NCBI GenBank assembly: GCA_009103225.1
Contig: RHPI01001259.1
Location: 186,001 to 250,000, forward strand
DNA: 64,000 nt
Origin: Chlorokybus atmophyticus
Lineage: Eukaryota; Plantae; Mesostigma and Chlorokybus algae
Direction of reading: 5' to 3'
The translations under genes were made by a program, and so were the position numbers. How positions within the stretch are numbered: the first letter of the stretch is position 1; the number at the start of each line of letters is the position of its first letter. Positions 38,501 to 51,257 of this stretch are shown here, in pieces. Under the pieces are notes generated by a model. That model was not told the DNA's origin. It saw only the letters and a list, made by a program, of their open reading frames with translations, and ran no database searches.

Positions 38501-39293
38501 CCCGGCCCAGCGATGGGGCTTCTCGCCTTGACGCGACGCATGTTGGTTCGCTATGCGCGCATCAGGCGACTGCTGGATAACGCTGGTGGAGGCGCAGCTG
38601 TTGCTGCTAGTGGTGATGTCGTTGATGATCTCGCGCACAGCAATGCCCTCTCGTCGTGCATGTGGGAGCTTGCACTCCTTGCGCGACATCACCACCCAGC
38701 TGTCGCCAAAGAAGCACGTAGTATCGCCGGCATTGGCGCCAGCGTGCAGGTGTGTGATGTGTGTTGCATCATTCTTGAAATCTGGCTTGAAATCTGCGCA
38801 TGCATGCGTGTGCGAGTGCATGTGCGTGTGCGTGTGTATGTGCGTGTGTTGCACATCACTTTTGCAGATACATGTTGCGTCAGATTGCACCCCTTGACAT
38901 CATGCGGTTTATGTGTAGGATGTGCCCACCACGTCAACACCTGTAGAGGTCGCCAGACTCTACGACATATCCCATGGAGGATTCAGACCAGCACCCGACG
39001 CACCGATGGCACGCAAACAACAGTCAACCAAGCAGAAGCACGCGCCTGTTCTTCAACCACTCAATGAAGAGCTCTCACCGCCAGGCGTGTCCACATACGA
39101 CCCTGAAGAGTTGGCCCGCGGCTTCAGGCTGTGGTACCGTGATGCTAGGAGCCGCGCAGAAAGCAAGCAGCTGCTGCGTGAGTTGCAGCGGCAGCAGCGC
39201 ATGCTAGAGTTGTATCGCACGAGGGGTGTGAAAAGAAAGGTAGGAGACGTGAATGGTTTGACGCAAAGACACAAGAACGCGAGGACACTGTAA
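35582..39293 (+). CDS. NOC3: NOC3, nucleolar complex protein 3 (CBF/Mak21 family); 4 exons
   Basis: A Lys-rich N-terminus is followed by EEEDYERRPR, LPVRTLEGKL, LAILSLAAVYCDICPGYRIRLPT, VSKEVAKQRAYEAALLKGY, LPHFNNR, GDAILETVQLIAELV, QTATLSAVFETYFRVL, LNGLARLSHLISVDF and SCMWELALLARHHHPAV. Stop is TAA. Confidence 0.92.
36657..36835. repeat. Repeated GGTCTTGCA..TGCAAGACC palindromes in NOC3 intron 1
   Basis: A 20-bp perfect palindrome (tggtcttgcatgcaagacca, 36657-36676), gtcttgca-tgcg-tgcaagac (about 36778-36797), and gtggtcttgca-ccca-tgcaagaccac (36810-36835). Confidence 0.9.
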
Positions 39294-40533
39294 CTGGTTT
39301 CTGTGTTGCCTGCCTTGTGGCCCTACAACATTGCATTGGGCTGAGGTGCCAATGTAATGGTTGACATCCAGCACTGTATTGTCGTACACCATGCATACAC
39401 CGGTGTCCAGTCTGCAAGATGCAGTCAATGTTCTCCATGCCAAGTCGTATGCTCAGTTGCATGTTAGTGCCACTCGTCAGCCCCCAATCACCAACAAAAC
39501 ACAGCTGCACGGTAATCCTTGATCACATGGTAGTGTGCAGTTGTGTGCATGTGCTCGAAGCCCTGCTGTTGCTGTGCGCGTCAATGTGCATGTACTGCGA
39601 GTGGCAGCAATCATAGCCGATCAGTTGGGGACAGGGTGGACTGCAGCGGCAGTGATATTGAGTGACCAATGCTTAGCATTTCATCCATGATCAACGTGTC
39701 TTGTTACCAATTGTTGGGTGATTGTGTAAAAAAAGCAAAGAAATAGTTTGCGCAGACGGACAGTATGATGCATACCGATGTAATGCGTGCTTGGTTGGTT
39801 GGTAAGCAGAAAACCATGGAGCAACATGACTATCCCAAACCCCGCATTGGGGAAAGATTGCAAAGAAAGATATAGTGCGAACTAGATAAATGCTTGAAAC
39901 TGCACAATGTGATACCCAACAACGTCAACAAATTAACCCATTATTGAGTGCAAGCATTGGAGCAAAGTGCAAGACATGGTAAACAACTAGAGTGCTGCCA
40001 ATATTACTGGCAGTAGCAAGCAGTACAACAAGACCATGCAACATGCCCGGATCTGGTGCGTATTATATATACAAAAACTAACAGCAAAATCGTCACACCA
40101 AGCTATGCACTGTCATCCCTGCCCATCATCGCACAAGCATACTCACACACATGTCAGCGGCATGCAAGCACGCGTATTGCTTGGATGTCAATTCCATTAC
40201 CTGAGTGATTAAGCCAATATCCATCCCATACAACAGCTACGCAGTTGTACTAAACCCATTGTCGGATGGTTGTTCAGAGTGTAGATGTGGTCAGCACCAC
40301 ATGCACAACAGGTATGCATAGTCATCATCTGCATAGACAATGCTGACATACAAGCATCAGAAATACATGTAACAGACGCAATATCAGAGCAAAAAGAAGT
40401 ACCCATCACTATTATTCATACAATCCAGTATAGCACTGGAAATGGTCACTAATCCAATTTGTGAGCTAGGATGCTTATAGGGCTGCAATATACAGGTTTA
40501 AAAAAGGGTGCATTCACTACAATCCTAACCACT

Positions 40534-43500
40534 TCAGTAGCTGGTGACCACCTGGCGAAGCGGCTGAAACTGCCTCCTGCGGCGGCGCACTCTGCGGCTG
40601 TCTTGCGCAAGCAGGGGCGCATCCTCCGGGCGGCAGTGCAACGTGTTGGGGAGCGCTCCCCCCGCTTTGCGCACCAAGCCATTGCCAGCAAAGATCCAGT
40701 GCGCTAAGGCCAGCACTGCATCAATCTTCTCATCCCGCTTCGGCCTAAGGGCCGGGCGGGGCTGAGACGCCGCAGCATCAAGGAAACGCTCTGTTGCAGC
40801 CTCCCACGACAATGCGTGCTGCTGCTCAGGGGTGAGAGGCGCCGGCAAGGTGGACATGGCAAACTCCATCTTGGTCTTGAACTCCTCTGGAGTCTGTGGA
40901 ACACAAGCCTCACATAAGTAACATGCACTTCCATGCATGGTGCAACGCATTTCACAGTTGCAAATATCCACTAAGTACACATGAAAGATGATCATGCCCA
41001 AATGCCATGTATTGTTACACTGTATCAGGCAATAACCACCATGCACTCTGGATCAACATACCTTGAAGGTCAAGCAGTTGGGGAATGTGGAGGCAAAGAA
41101 GGCATTGCTGGGGTGATCAGCGACAACTGCCCATTTGCCCATAGCCAACGCTTCAGCTGTGGTTGTGCACAGCACATCGGAGATGCTGGGGTTGACGAAG
41201 ATTTTGTAGTTATGCAAGGTCGGGTCCGCATGGTCGCGTGGACCGTGGAACTGCAGCTTGAGCTGCTTGGCTTTGGCGGCATCCTGCACGGCCTCGAAGT
41301 CCGGGCCATGGCCAAAGCAGTCTACCTGCATTTCCTCGGGCAGCATCTCCATCAGCTCCTTGTAGCCCTTGCTCCACAGCACTTTGCCGATGAAGTACGC
41401 GCCATTGGGAAATTGCCTGTCTGCAGCTCGCTGGACGCCAACATTGATGAATGCAGGGCACACCCCATGCACGTTTTTCACCATGCTGCGCGCAATGTCC
41501 GCCTGCGTGGCTGCCGACAACCGGATAACCTGTTGCGCCACAAGCGTAGAGTCAGCCAGGCGAATTGTAACCAATGATTGTACAGTCTCTGCCAGACAAC
41601 GCACTGCGCCATACTGCTGAAACACATTTGCTTGCACACTGGCAAGACCGGTTGCCGCCCACTGACACTCAACCCTTAGCAAACTGAGCACACACACTAA
41701 ACATGCACACACCTGGTTGCAGTGTACACGGCAGACCCAGCGATTGACATGGCGGAGCAAGAAGGCGCGCAGCTTGCCATGGGGCTCACGGCGCACATAT
41801 TCCAGATAGTTGGTGTGCAGGATGCCAACAACATGGTCAAAGCGGTCCGTCCAGCGGGTGCCATGGTGATACCATGTGAGATGCTCAGGCTCTTCCAATA
41901 CGGCCACATCTGAGATGCTGCGCGGGATGCATTCCGTGATGTCTCCAATGGGGAGGATGCTTCCCTTCTCCTTGGCATACTTGCCGGGATAGAAGCGAAG
42001 CTTCAGCTTGTCCACAGCAGCAACGGCCTTCTGATCCAGTGCAAGGCGTTGGCGCAGCCAATGCTTGACAAAATCCTCCTGCTCTTGTGGAGACTGGAAT
42101 GTCATGCCGTTAGGGAAAATTGCAGCCTGGTCTTCAGAGGACAGCCACGGGACAACGAGCGTGACATTGCCATGCGTTTGGGCAAGGTGAGCCGCCCGCA
42201 GCACCGGGTTGACAGCAGTGCCTGTCATCCATGGGAGCGAAGCTGTTGTGACAATAGCAACAGAAGCTGATGGATCTCGGATGGTGCGAGCAAAGCGCTT
42301 TCTTTCCTTGCGCAGCTGCTGGCGCCTGCCTGGCACAAAGCGAGCAAACCAATCATCCTCATCATCATAATCCTCCTCCTCCTGACGCTCGCCATTGCTT
42401 CTCTGAGGTGATGTCGGGAGTGAGCGCGCCTTACGACCGCCCCACAGCTGCACCCACAGCTGGGCAACTCCATCCTCCTCCTCCACACGCTTACGAATGT
42501 ATGACACAATGTCCAACGCAGGAGGGGGAGAAGGCTGCTGTGTTGACGTGCTGTTCAAGAGACTTGCCACGCCTGGCACTGCGGCAGCAGGCAACCGCAG
42601 GCGCAATGGTCTTGGAGATGAGGGTGGAGGCAAGAGCGAAGTGCAACCCAACACAGCGTCTGCAGCTGAAGCTGCTGATGGCGCGGGTGGACCAGAGCCA
42701 AACCCACGACCCCAACCGAGTACATGTTCGTCAGGCTCTAACTCCTGTGGGTCAGGACGCTCTGCCAAGCGCTGGTGTGCTTCCCGTGCTGACAGCACCA
42801 GACCACGGACAGCCCCACGAACGTCACCAGTGCTCCTGCACACGCGGAATCAACATTTGCATACTTGCCAAATAAGCCAACAACAAAATGACCTAAGCTA
42901 CATAATCTAGGACACTGTGAGTCACAGTTCGTAACACAAACACACAGAGTAAAGCAGCTTGCTTGCTGGCCACGTAGCTGACCTGGGCATCCAGCATGCA
43001 TGTAACCAGTCCACGAGTCCATTCTCACATTTGACATGTAAGGTAACCAGACAATGTCGGCACAGTAAACACCCAAGCACCCATGGTGTGCAAAGCTGCT
43101 TGCTTGCTGGCCACGCTGCCAGCCTGGGCCATGCTGGTAAGCCGTGAAACGCACCTTGAGCGTCGCATCAAAGAAGACGCAGAGGAAGGAGGAGAAGGTG
43201 TCGGAGGAGAAGGAAGAGGGCGAGAAGGACCGGAGCTTCTGGCTCCAGCCTGGTAGCCGCTCATGCGCCTGAGGGCGTCCTGAACGGCCATAGGAGCGGA
43301 GGTCGCGGCGGTGCTGGCCGGCACGGACACCGCCCAAACCTGCATCTCCTGCTCCAGGGAGTTCACCAGGCGGCGCACCCCAGACGTCACCCGCCTCTGC
43401 AGCTGGGCGGCGGCTGGCTCCATGGACGCCCGAAAACTCAACGCCTGCCCCGCCGCCGCCGCATGTTTGGTCATGCCCAGGAAGGACAGTGGGTTGCCGC

Positions 43501-43546
43501 TCCCGTCCGGACCCCCACCGCCCATCCCAACACCCATGGCGACCAT
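40534..43546 (-). CDS. DGD1: Digalactosyldiacylglycerol synthase with N-terminal extension (DGD1-type); 4 exons
   Basis: [144 protein letters not shown] and [10 protein letters not shown]. The start ATG is somewhat uncertain. Stop is TGA. Confidence 0.95.
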
Positions 43547-46500
43547 CTCGCCCACAACGCCACCGCCACCGCTGCCACAGCAGGCACACTAAATCACAGT
43601 GTGGACACTCTGCACTGTGGCAGCTGCAATGCTGGCTGGCCAGCTTTCAAACTGTCGAACTGGCAAACGGAAAATGCGAAAATCGGCAGTTCGGAACCAA
43701 AACGAATTCAAGTCTTCATGATGTACCGCGAGAAAGGGACGATTGGCAGTCACGAAACCCCTTTGCAGTTGTCACATGCTCATGCATGCAACAGAAACCG
43801 ACTGCTCGCGTGCGCCGCGTGTATCGCACCGGGCATCGTATCGGCTCTGCACAATTAGGGTTTGGTGCATAAACTCGCAGAGTAGGTAATTAGGGGCTGA
43901 CTTGTGAAATCGCCTGACAATGACGCTGTCTGAGGTTCTGTGCTCATCTCCCGGGCTAGCGCGCTGAGATTGGTCGAGGGTCGTCTAGGACGCGGTTCGC
44001 AGCTTTGCGCTTGCAGTCACCTTCTGCAGGATATCACTAGCTTTGCCCTGAGGAACAGCTCCCATGCACAAAAGAAGCGTTGACATCAGTGTTTACGAGG
44101 CAAAGGGATATTTATTTCAAGTCTTAGAAAATCGCGAGAATGCTCCAGAGTAAGGATTTGTGGTGTACCCTGTGTCTGCCATATCCGATGACCGGTGCGA
44201 TGTACCCAGGTGCCGTACCCGTCGCTGACCGGTCCGGTACCGGCGGTGACGGACGGTACAGTGTAGTAGGATGCCAGCATGGTCGGAACGGGAAGCGAAC
44301 GAGACAAAATTTTAGACCTCGGTTGGAAGTTATTAAATCTTATTTACACGCCGGAACTACACACTGTACAGATGTTTGCACCTGGCGGCCAGATTCTGGG
44401 ATCAACAAGTTGACTTGGAGCGCAAGTGAGCAGTTGCGACGATGCTTTGACTGGCAACGTGGCGATCACTGCTTGCCGAGCAGTGTGATCACAGGGTGTA
44501 AATGTATACAACTCCTTTTACACGAAAACACATTTCCTGTATTTTGTTTATAGCTACAATGGGGAGAAGCCTGCTATGCAAACATACATGTACATACACC
44601 TCCCTTGCTACCCTTCTGATGTTGTTGTGGTAATGAATATTGACATTAAGCATACGCTTTGTGCGTCAGGTCTGCTACTTGCACTTGCTTTGCTCCTTGC
44701 TTGCATATCCGCCTTCGCGTTATATGCACTTAACCACAAACATACACCTAGACCCCTTGTCGCTGGTAAGTGGTTGAGTGGATGCCCATATCTCTGTGTG
44801 TACAAAAATTGCAAGTAATCATGTTATATGCAACATGCATGACACATGCATTGTTCACAAAACTCACCATCATGCAATGATTATTTACCACCGGGGTCTA
44901 CCTCCACTAGCCACACCTAGCTATCGTGACTCCTGCCTCAAATTCCCATCAGACATACATGCATGTGTGTCTGACAATTACCTGCACGCGTGTGCAGCCA
45001 GTTGGTCTTGCAGTTCTTCGCAGCAGCAATAAGCTTGAGCAGCAGACGAGCTCCCACTCCCCCCCTCTTCCGTTCGCCTTCACCCACAGCCTCACTCCCG
45101 CCATTCCCACGCAGCGCTGCATGCTGGTACCCTTGTTGAGGGCCCCTCAGCCCCGCCCCTCAGCCCCGTCCCTCAGTCCCGCCCTTGTGCCCAGCCCTTG
45201 CGCTGTCGGCACCGGTGCTATCGTACTAGCAGCTGCTGTATGAGCCGGTTAGGCACTGCCACTGGGCTTCAGTGGTGGGGTTGGCCTGTTTTTGCCGTTT
45301 TTGCCGAGCACGGGCAAGCAGCACTACCAATAGCCTAATTCTCATGCATATATAACGTCTTTCAGTCCTTTATTCTACGGTCTGCACGCAAGGTTGCGTA
45401 CAGTATGCATCTGTCGCCGCTGCTTCTTCACCACTGTCATGTACAATAGCTTTTGTGGTGTATAGTACATACGTGTCACTTCGTCCAAGCCTTTGCTGCA
45501 ACTTCGCTAGCAGCTTCTGCATCGATTAGCCATTGCTTTGCATGGTTAACAGCAACTCCGCCACAGCCGTCACGAAGTGGGCCTTGTACGTACACACGCG
45601 GACTTAGCGTGCGTAATGTGAGTCAATGACGCCTAATTTTGTAATCTTGGACGGCGTGTTTAAGGCCGGAAGTGGTGCTTTATGGCGTGGTATGGCGCTG
45701 TAGGGTGGCAACGCTGCTTGCTGTATAACTTGTTGCAGATGCTACCCTCCGTTTGAAACAGCGTCACATTCAAGAAGGGCAGCGCAATACTTCACGCAAT
45801 TTGTGTGACAAAGAGGTTGTCTTCCAAGTACACACCTCCTCTAGGCACATGCGCACCCGCGCCATCAATGGACAGCAAATGTGCTATTATGTGTATAGGA
45901 TATGCTCGAGGCAGTGTTGTACATGCATTATGCAATGGCACATAAGCGCACACACAAACAGCATGCAAGCATGATCATATGCCACCACCGGGCCAACATC
46001 TACTGCTGGATGCTACTTAACACGCTACACTACCCCAGACCTCCCCCTTAGACATGCATACATGCATGTTAGTGTCCGTTACCTGCACATGCAGTGTGCT
46101 TGTGTGTGACAATTCGTGCAGCAGCAGCACTTCCGGTCATCCTATGCAGTTACAATGCATACTTCCCCTTATGCTTTCATTCGGATAGGACTCATCTAGT
46201 TGATAGCTAAACATGACTCATCAACGCGTATTGTTAGCATTTTCGCATGCACACAGTCTACTGTAGCACTAATACTGACGGCGGGTTGCATGCACAACAA
46301 TGATCACGATCAACCAACTTAAACATAATCCGTGCATGCGAATATGCCGCAGCTTGCATTTTCGCATGCGCAGGCTACTCGGTGCTGCGGCAGCAAAGAC
46401 AGCAATGACAAGCTGCATACAGCTTAAAAGTGCAAAGTGTGAATTTGTGTGAAAACAGGTTCCTAAGGCACACAAGCAAGCGCAATAGCAATACAAGAGC

Positions 46501-47510
46501 AACAGAAATTGAGGGCTTTAAAGCATAGCTAGGTGTATACACACGACATTGTTGCGCAATTGCGTACAATATGCATTGCTGTATTTGCAAGAAACATGAC
46601 AAGCATTGTATATGCATGCACTTACCTTTCCATAGCACAATCAGCGCAGTTACAACCACCAACTACACACACCTCTAGCTACGTATCTTTACTACTGCCC
46701 TTAACCTTGTTAAACCATGCATGCACGCCACAAATGCCTGCCCACATGGCCTGATGTCAGTTGCAGTCAATGACGGCAGCGATATTATGCAGACGAGCTG
46801 GACTCCCTCCCTCTCGCACTCTCTCTCTCTTCCTCTTGTTGTTCTCTCCTCTCCTCTCCTACCCAAGCCTGGCGGGCGCTGGTAATTAGAATGTGTAGTA
46901 TCAACGTCAGTAGTGCTAAGTGCTGCACGCACAGCTCCGGCACTGGAGCAGTCAGTGCGGCATGTCTTGACGGCTGTCATGACGTTGGTAGGGGTTTGGG
47001 GTGGGGGTTGTGTGCCCAACTAGCGCAGCAGCAACGTCTGAGGTCTGAGGCTGCGACTGCTTGCCAATGTTTCTATCTCACTTTGTTTCAGTTATGATTC
47101 AGTGATGGTGTGTTGCAGATGTGTATGCCTGATTGGCCATGGACTCCTTGAGATATAATCCGTAGTAGAACATATTATTGCCATTAAGCATCAGACATGG
47201 ATGTGGCTTCCTGTATTGTAGAACTCTGCTTGGAACCCTCTACCATTAGCATGCACTTGGTGACATAATATAGCAAACATAGGATTTTAACATGAAAAGC
47301 CCTGCACTGCATCAATTGCAGGCTGAGAGAGTGTGCGCATGTGCTTCCTATCTGGTACCAAATGCAGGCTTGTATGGTGCGTTAAACAGAATGAATCATA
47401 AAATACATGTCTGGCACTGTCATGCACAACCTGCAACAAACAGACGATCACCGGAGCAGCAGATTCACCACAAATGTCACAGTATCTTCAACCCCAATGT
47501 TGAATGCAAC

Positions 47511-49185
47511 TCAGCCTGGAAAACCGTTACACAGTGATACAGCGTTGCCTACCAGCTGGCGTCGCATTTGCGCCCCTAGCGTGTCTCGAAACACCGCCTC
47601 ACCTTTCCGTATGAGCTCCGAAGCTGACAGCCCAACATATGCTTTTGTGCGCGCTTCACCTGCGATGTGTTTCAGGACAATATTGCAGTAACGTTTCTGC
47701 TGAATCGCAGCACCAACGATACAATGCCACGAACGCTTAGGCTGAACACACACTGGTATGCATAAGCTCCATTGCATTGCAACATCAAAGCAACCTGTGG
47801 CATGCACGCAGCGAGTAGTAACACAGCAGTAGTAATACACTTCTAAGTGGCAAGCTCCTACCTTTCTGAGGTGCTTCACGCGACCTTGCAACAGCCTTCT
47901 CTGTTGCAAGCAGACCCACCATGTATGCGCATACATGATCGTGCTTTGCGCCCAAACGGATGTTGAGAGCGCGACCCATAGCAAACCAGTAGTTGTCCGT
48001 GTGGTCAGCGCCGCCGTTGTCAACGGAGACTATGTGAAGGATGTCCTGATCCTGCGTGCATAATGCAGATTGCAGCAAACAGAAAGGCAGAAAGGTGCAA
48101 TGCTTGTGCGTCATGCACACAACACCTGAAAGAAGTATGATAGCATTATGCTCTAGATACCAAGGCGAACAAGGGTCCAACAAGGGGCCTTGGGCTGGTA
48201 TGCTACGCAATGCATGGCACAGCAACCCGCTATGTACCTGTTGCACATCAAGGCCGTGCGCCTTCAGGCGGCTGCGATATGTCTTTCTGCTCATGTACCC
48301 ATCAAGCGGTGGCAGAGCGAAACATCGCTTGTTTGTGCCGATAGACCTCACTCGGACTTGTACCGACATCACAGCGTTAAGCCCAGGAGGATGTGCACTA
48401 GCCATAACATGCGGGCTGGTACTGGTGCTCCTGCTTTCCTTTACATGCGTGGTGGCACTGCCCTCACTAGCAGTACTGGCGCCGACAAAAATACTACTTA
48501 CCGCTGTGCCATTGTTCGCAGCGGCAATGCTTCTAACGTCACCAACTACGTAAGTATCACTAATAATGGAGTTTTCTAGCCTATCAGCGCTAGCAGGTCC
48601 AACAGTGGTTGCCTCAGCACCTTTGTTATCACGGGGCTGAGAGTTCAATACTGGGTCATGTTCTGAATCAGATGATGGTGGAGCCTTGTAAGCTTGCTTC
48701 CATGCAAGCAACCACTCTACCAGCTCCTGTTTCGAAAGGCTTGCATTCGCCAACCCTCGTTGACTGCAAAGCTCTTGAAGCTCCACTAAGTCCCTCTTCA
48801 GCAGCCGCGCGTGCGTCATCCACTTTAGGTCGTAGCGCACTTGCTTCGCGCTGCCACCAGCTGTCCAGCACATGTGCATACAAGTCAATGCCACAATCAC
48901 CCTGCAAGCTGGCTCCGGGCGATGGGTGTGGTTGTGAAGGTAGCAATGCAACAAACACTCACCATCTGTGCGCACGGTGGTGCCTGATTGTGATGTCGAG
49001 CCGCAGGCAGCTTCCTCAACAGCATCTACAGCAAAACTTGGCTCGCATGTCTCGCTCTTGTGCAAAGCATGAATAGCCTGCTTCGACATGGCTTTGCTTG
49101 CTGTTGTCTTTGCCATGCCCCCTGCTTGCAAGAGCTGCCTGTAGAGTAGTTGTTCAGTTTGCATGTTGAAAAGCTGCCAAGACAC
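47511..49185 (-). CDS. Uncharacterised protein with a SAP-like DNA-binding domain and a C-terminal HNH (beta-beta-alpha-metal) nuclease-like domain; 5' end unresolved
   Basis: SAP-like segment RDLVELQELCSQRGLANASLSKQELVEWLLAWK (about 48700-48795), then a Ser/Thr-rich linker. The core reads MSRKTYRSRLKAHGLDVQQ|DQDILHIVSVDNGGADHTDNYWFAMGRALNIRLGAKHDH (exon 47862-48051), with the H..GG...N...N spacing of HNH. It continues |GEARTKAYVGLSASELIRKGEAVFRD. GT-AG junctions keep frame. Confidence 0.6.
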
Positions 49186-50450
49186 TCTTAGGCATGCGGC
49201 CGGCAGCAGTCATAATGTCTGTAATGAAGTTTTTGCGCAACTTGCTGAAAAGCGGTGTATGTGAAGTGCAATTGAAGCATACAGTGGTAGTGGTAGCACT
49301 TGTAAAGGTTCTGCCAAGGTGTAAGATGTCAACAGTAAGCGCCACTGTACCAGTGGTAACTTAAGATAGGGTGCTTCCAATCACCAAGTGCAATGCACAG
49401 CAATTCATAATGCAGGCAATCCAATGCTAGCTAGCTTCATTGCACCATGCAAAGGTGACAAATAGCGCCTTACCTCTACAGGTGAGGCGGCATTAGTCAG
49501 CTATCTGCCAACGTTTGACCAAAACCAATCTATCCCGAGCCAGGGTCTCAGCGATCCACGGCCCGGCGCCTCAGAACCCTAACTCCAGACCAGCTGCGAC
49601 AAGCCGCCGCCGCCGCCGCCGGACACCTCGTCAGCAACCCGATCAAGCGCACAAAGACGAGGACAATAGCATGCAACCACGCTTCTCCATGCCAGTACTC
49701 TCCGCCTGGACTTCCTCCTCCTCCTCCTCCTCCTCCGCCACCGCCGCTTGGTCGTGGCCGAGAGAGACAGCCCGGGCAGCCTTAGGCAAGACTGAACCGA
49801 TTGTAAGCATAACTGGCCGGTTCATTCAGTTTCCGGTCGTGTGTGGGGCCCACGCCCCAAAACTGCATGGCCCGCCCCACGACTCTTGGTGGGTACCAAA
49901 CCGAACCTGGTTAGTATACATGTGCCAAACCGATATCGCCCCTGCCGGCCACCAGATCTGCGGCAGGTAGCCAACGTTACTGACACTGCGCTTGAAGGCA
50001 GGTTAGCAGCACTGGGTATTACAGCGCTAGGACCGGTTACCGTCGTGGTGACTAAACTAATCATAACGCAAAGTAGCTACCGTAACGTACGTGGCCGCCG
50101 CATGAATTGTGGCAGAGTACCACAATTCCACAATGCCACATGCTACATGCACGCAAAGTGTTAACGAGCGTAGGCGCTACGGTGGATCTTTGCATTAATC
50201 ATTGAGCAACCAAGTAATCACTAGGAGCTACACACAGTTTGCAGCTCAATGATGGTACTCAGTGAAGGTAGTCGAGGTAGGTTGGGGTTGATGCCTAGTT
50301 TGACAGAAACATCTACCTTGATCATGGCAACATCAGTCGTTAATATTGAATCATCGTCAGATGGCGCCGCGGGCCGAAGTGTTGTTACTGTCAGCTTGCT
50401 GAGCAGCGCCGCGGCGGCAGTTGCGGCACAGCAGTTAGCAGCCGCTAGAA

Positions 50451-50492
50451 TAGGGCACCTAAACTAGGGCACTTGACCCTAAATTAGGGCAC
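50451..50492. promoter_or_regulatory. Three TAGGGCAC direct repeats plus a CCCTAA-A-TTAGGG inverted repeat upstream of the histidine kinase
   Basis: Copies at 50451, 50465 and 50485; inverted element at 50477-50489. The function is inferred only. Confidence 0.35.
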
Positions 50493-51257
50493 TTTATTGG
50501 GGTGAAAAGCAAACGTGCGGTGGGCTGGGAAAGTGACACAGCGCGCAGAGGCGATTGCCTGGCAAAAAACGCGACATGTGCCGTACCTAACCAAGCAGCA
50601 AACTAGTAGCGCTGCGCCACTAGCGCAACTTAACCGAGCACACAAGCAGCCGCTTTATCGTGAGTGGCGTTGCTGTGGTGGTGCTGGGCGTGGGCGGCAG
50701 TGTGGAGCGGAGGCGGGGTGTTGGCGGGCATAGCTGTGCGAGGCGACACAAACTCGGAGCGTTGGGTTGGGTTGGGTTGAGTTGGGAAGAGGTGGCGGTG
50801 GAGGCGGCGGCACCTGCCAGTTTTGGTTTGGCTGCTTGGGTGCGAGGTCTGCGGTGCTGCGTGGCTGGTTGCGCAGGTGAGCTTTGAGGGGTGTTTGCTT
50901 GGGATTTAAGAACTATGCTATTTGCACGCTTGCAATGGCTCTGCACAACTTTTACAAGCTTTAAGTAGCTGGCTCTCAGAATGCATGGGCAATGTTGGCT
51001 TAGGCGCATGCTGACATGAGACGCATGAACACGCATTCCTGCCGAGCTCTTTTCATACACGCAGTCAGCCGTACAATACGCTTACAGCATGGCTAGTGTA
51101 GTGCGTTGCTGTGACAACCGGTGACCATGCCAATCAGGCAGACTCTGTGCAGGCCGCGCAAGCTGTCATGGAGGCGGTGGTCGTCTCTCGACGGCTGCTT
51201 GGGCTCATTGATGCCATAGCGGAAAGCCCTAGTTGCAATGGCAGCTTTTAGCCATTG

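Noticed and set aside
45380-45900. Possible second retroelement or gene remnant (LIDAEAASEVAAKAWTK, minus strand)
   Set aside because: Too short and stop-riddled, with no ordered motif series to support a call.
47511-49185. The HNH gene as a Fanzor/IscB/Cas9-like RNA-guided nuclease
   Set aside because: No RuvC motifs, bridge helix, adjacent structured RNA or transposon ends were recognisable.
49845-49856. GGGGCCCAC as a TCP-binding (site II-like) element
   Set aside because: Single short GC-rich match, and whether this lineage has TCP factors is unknown.
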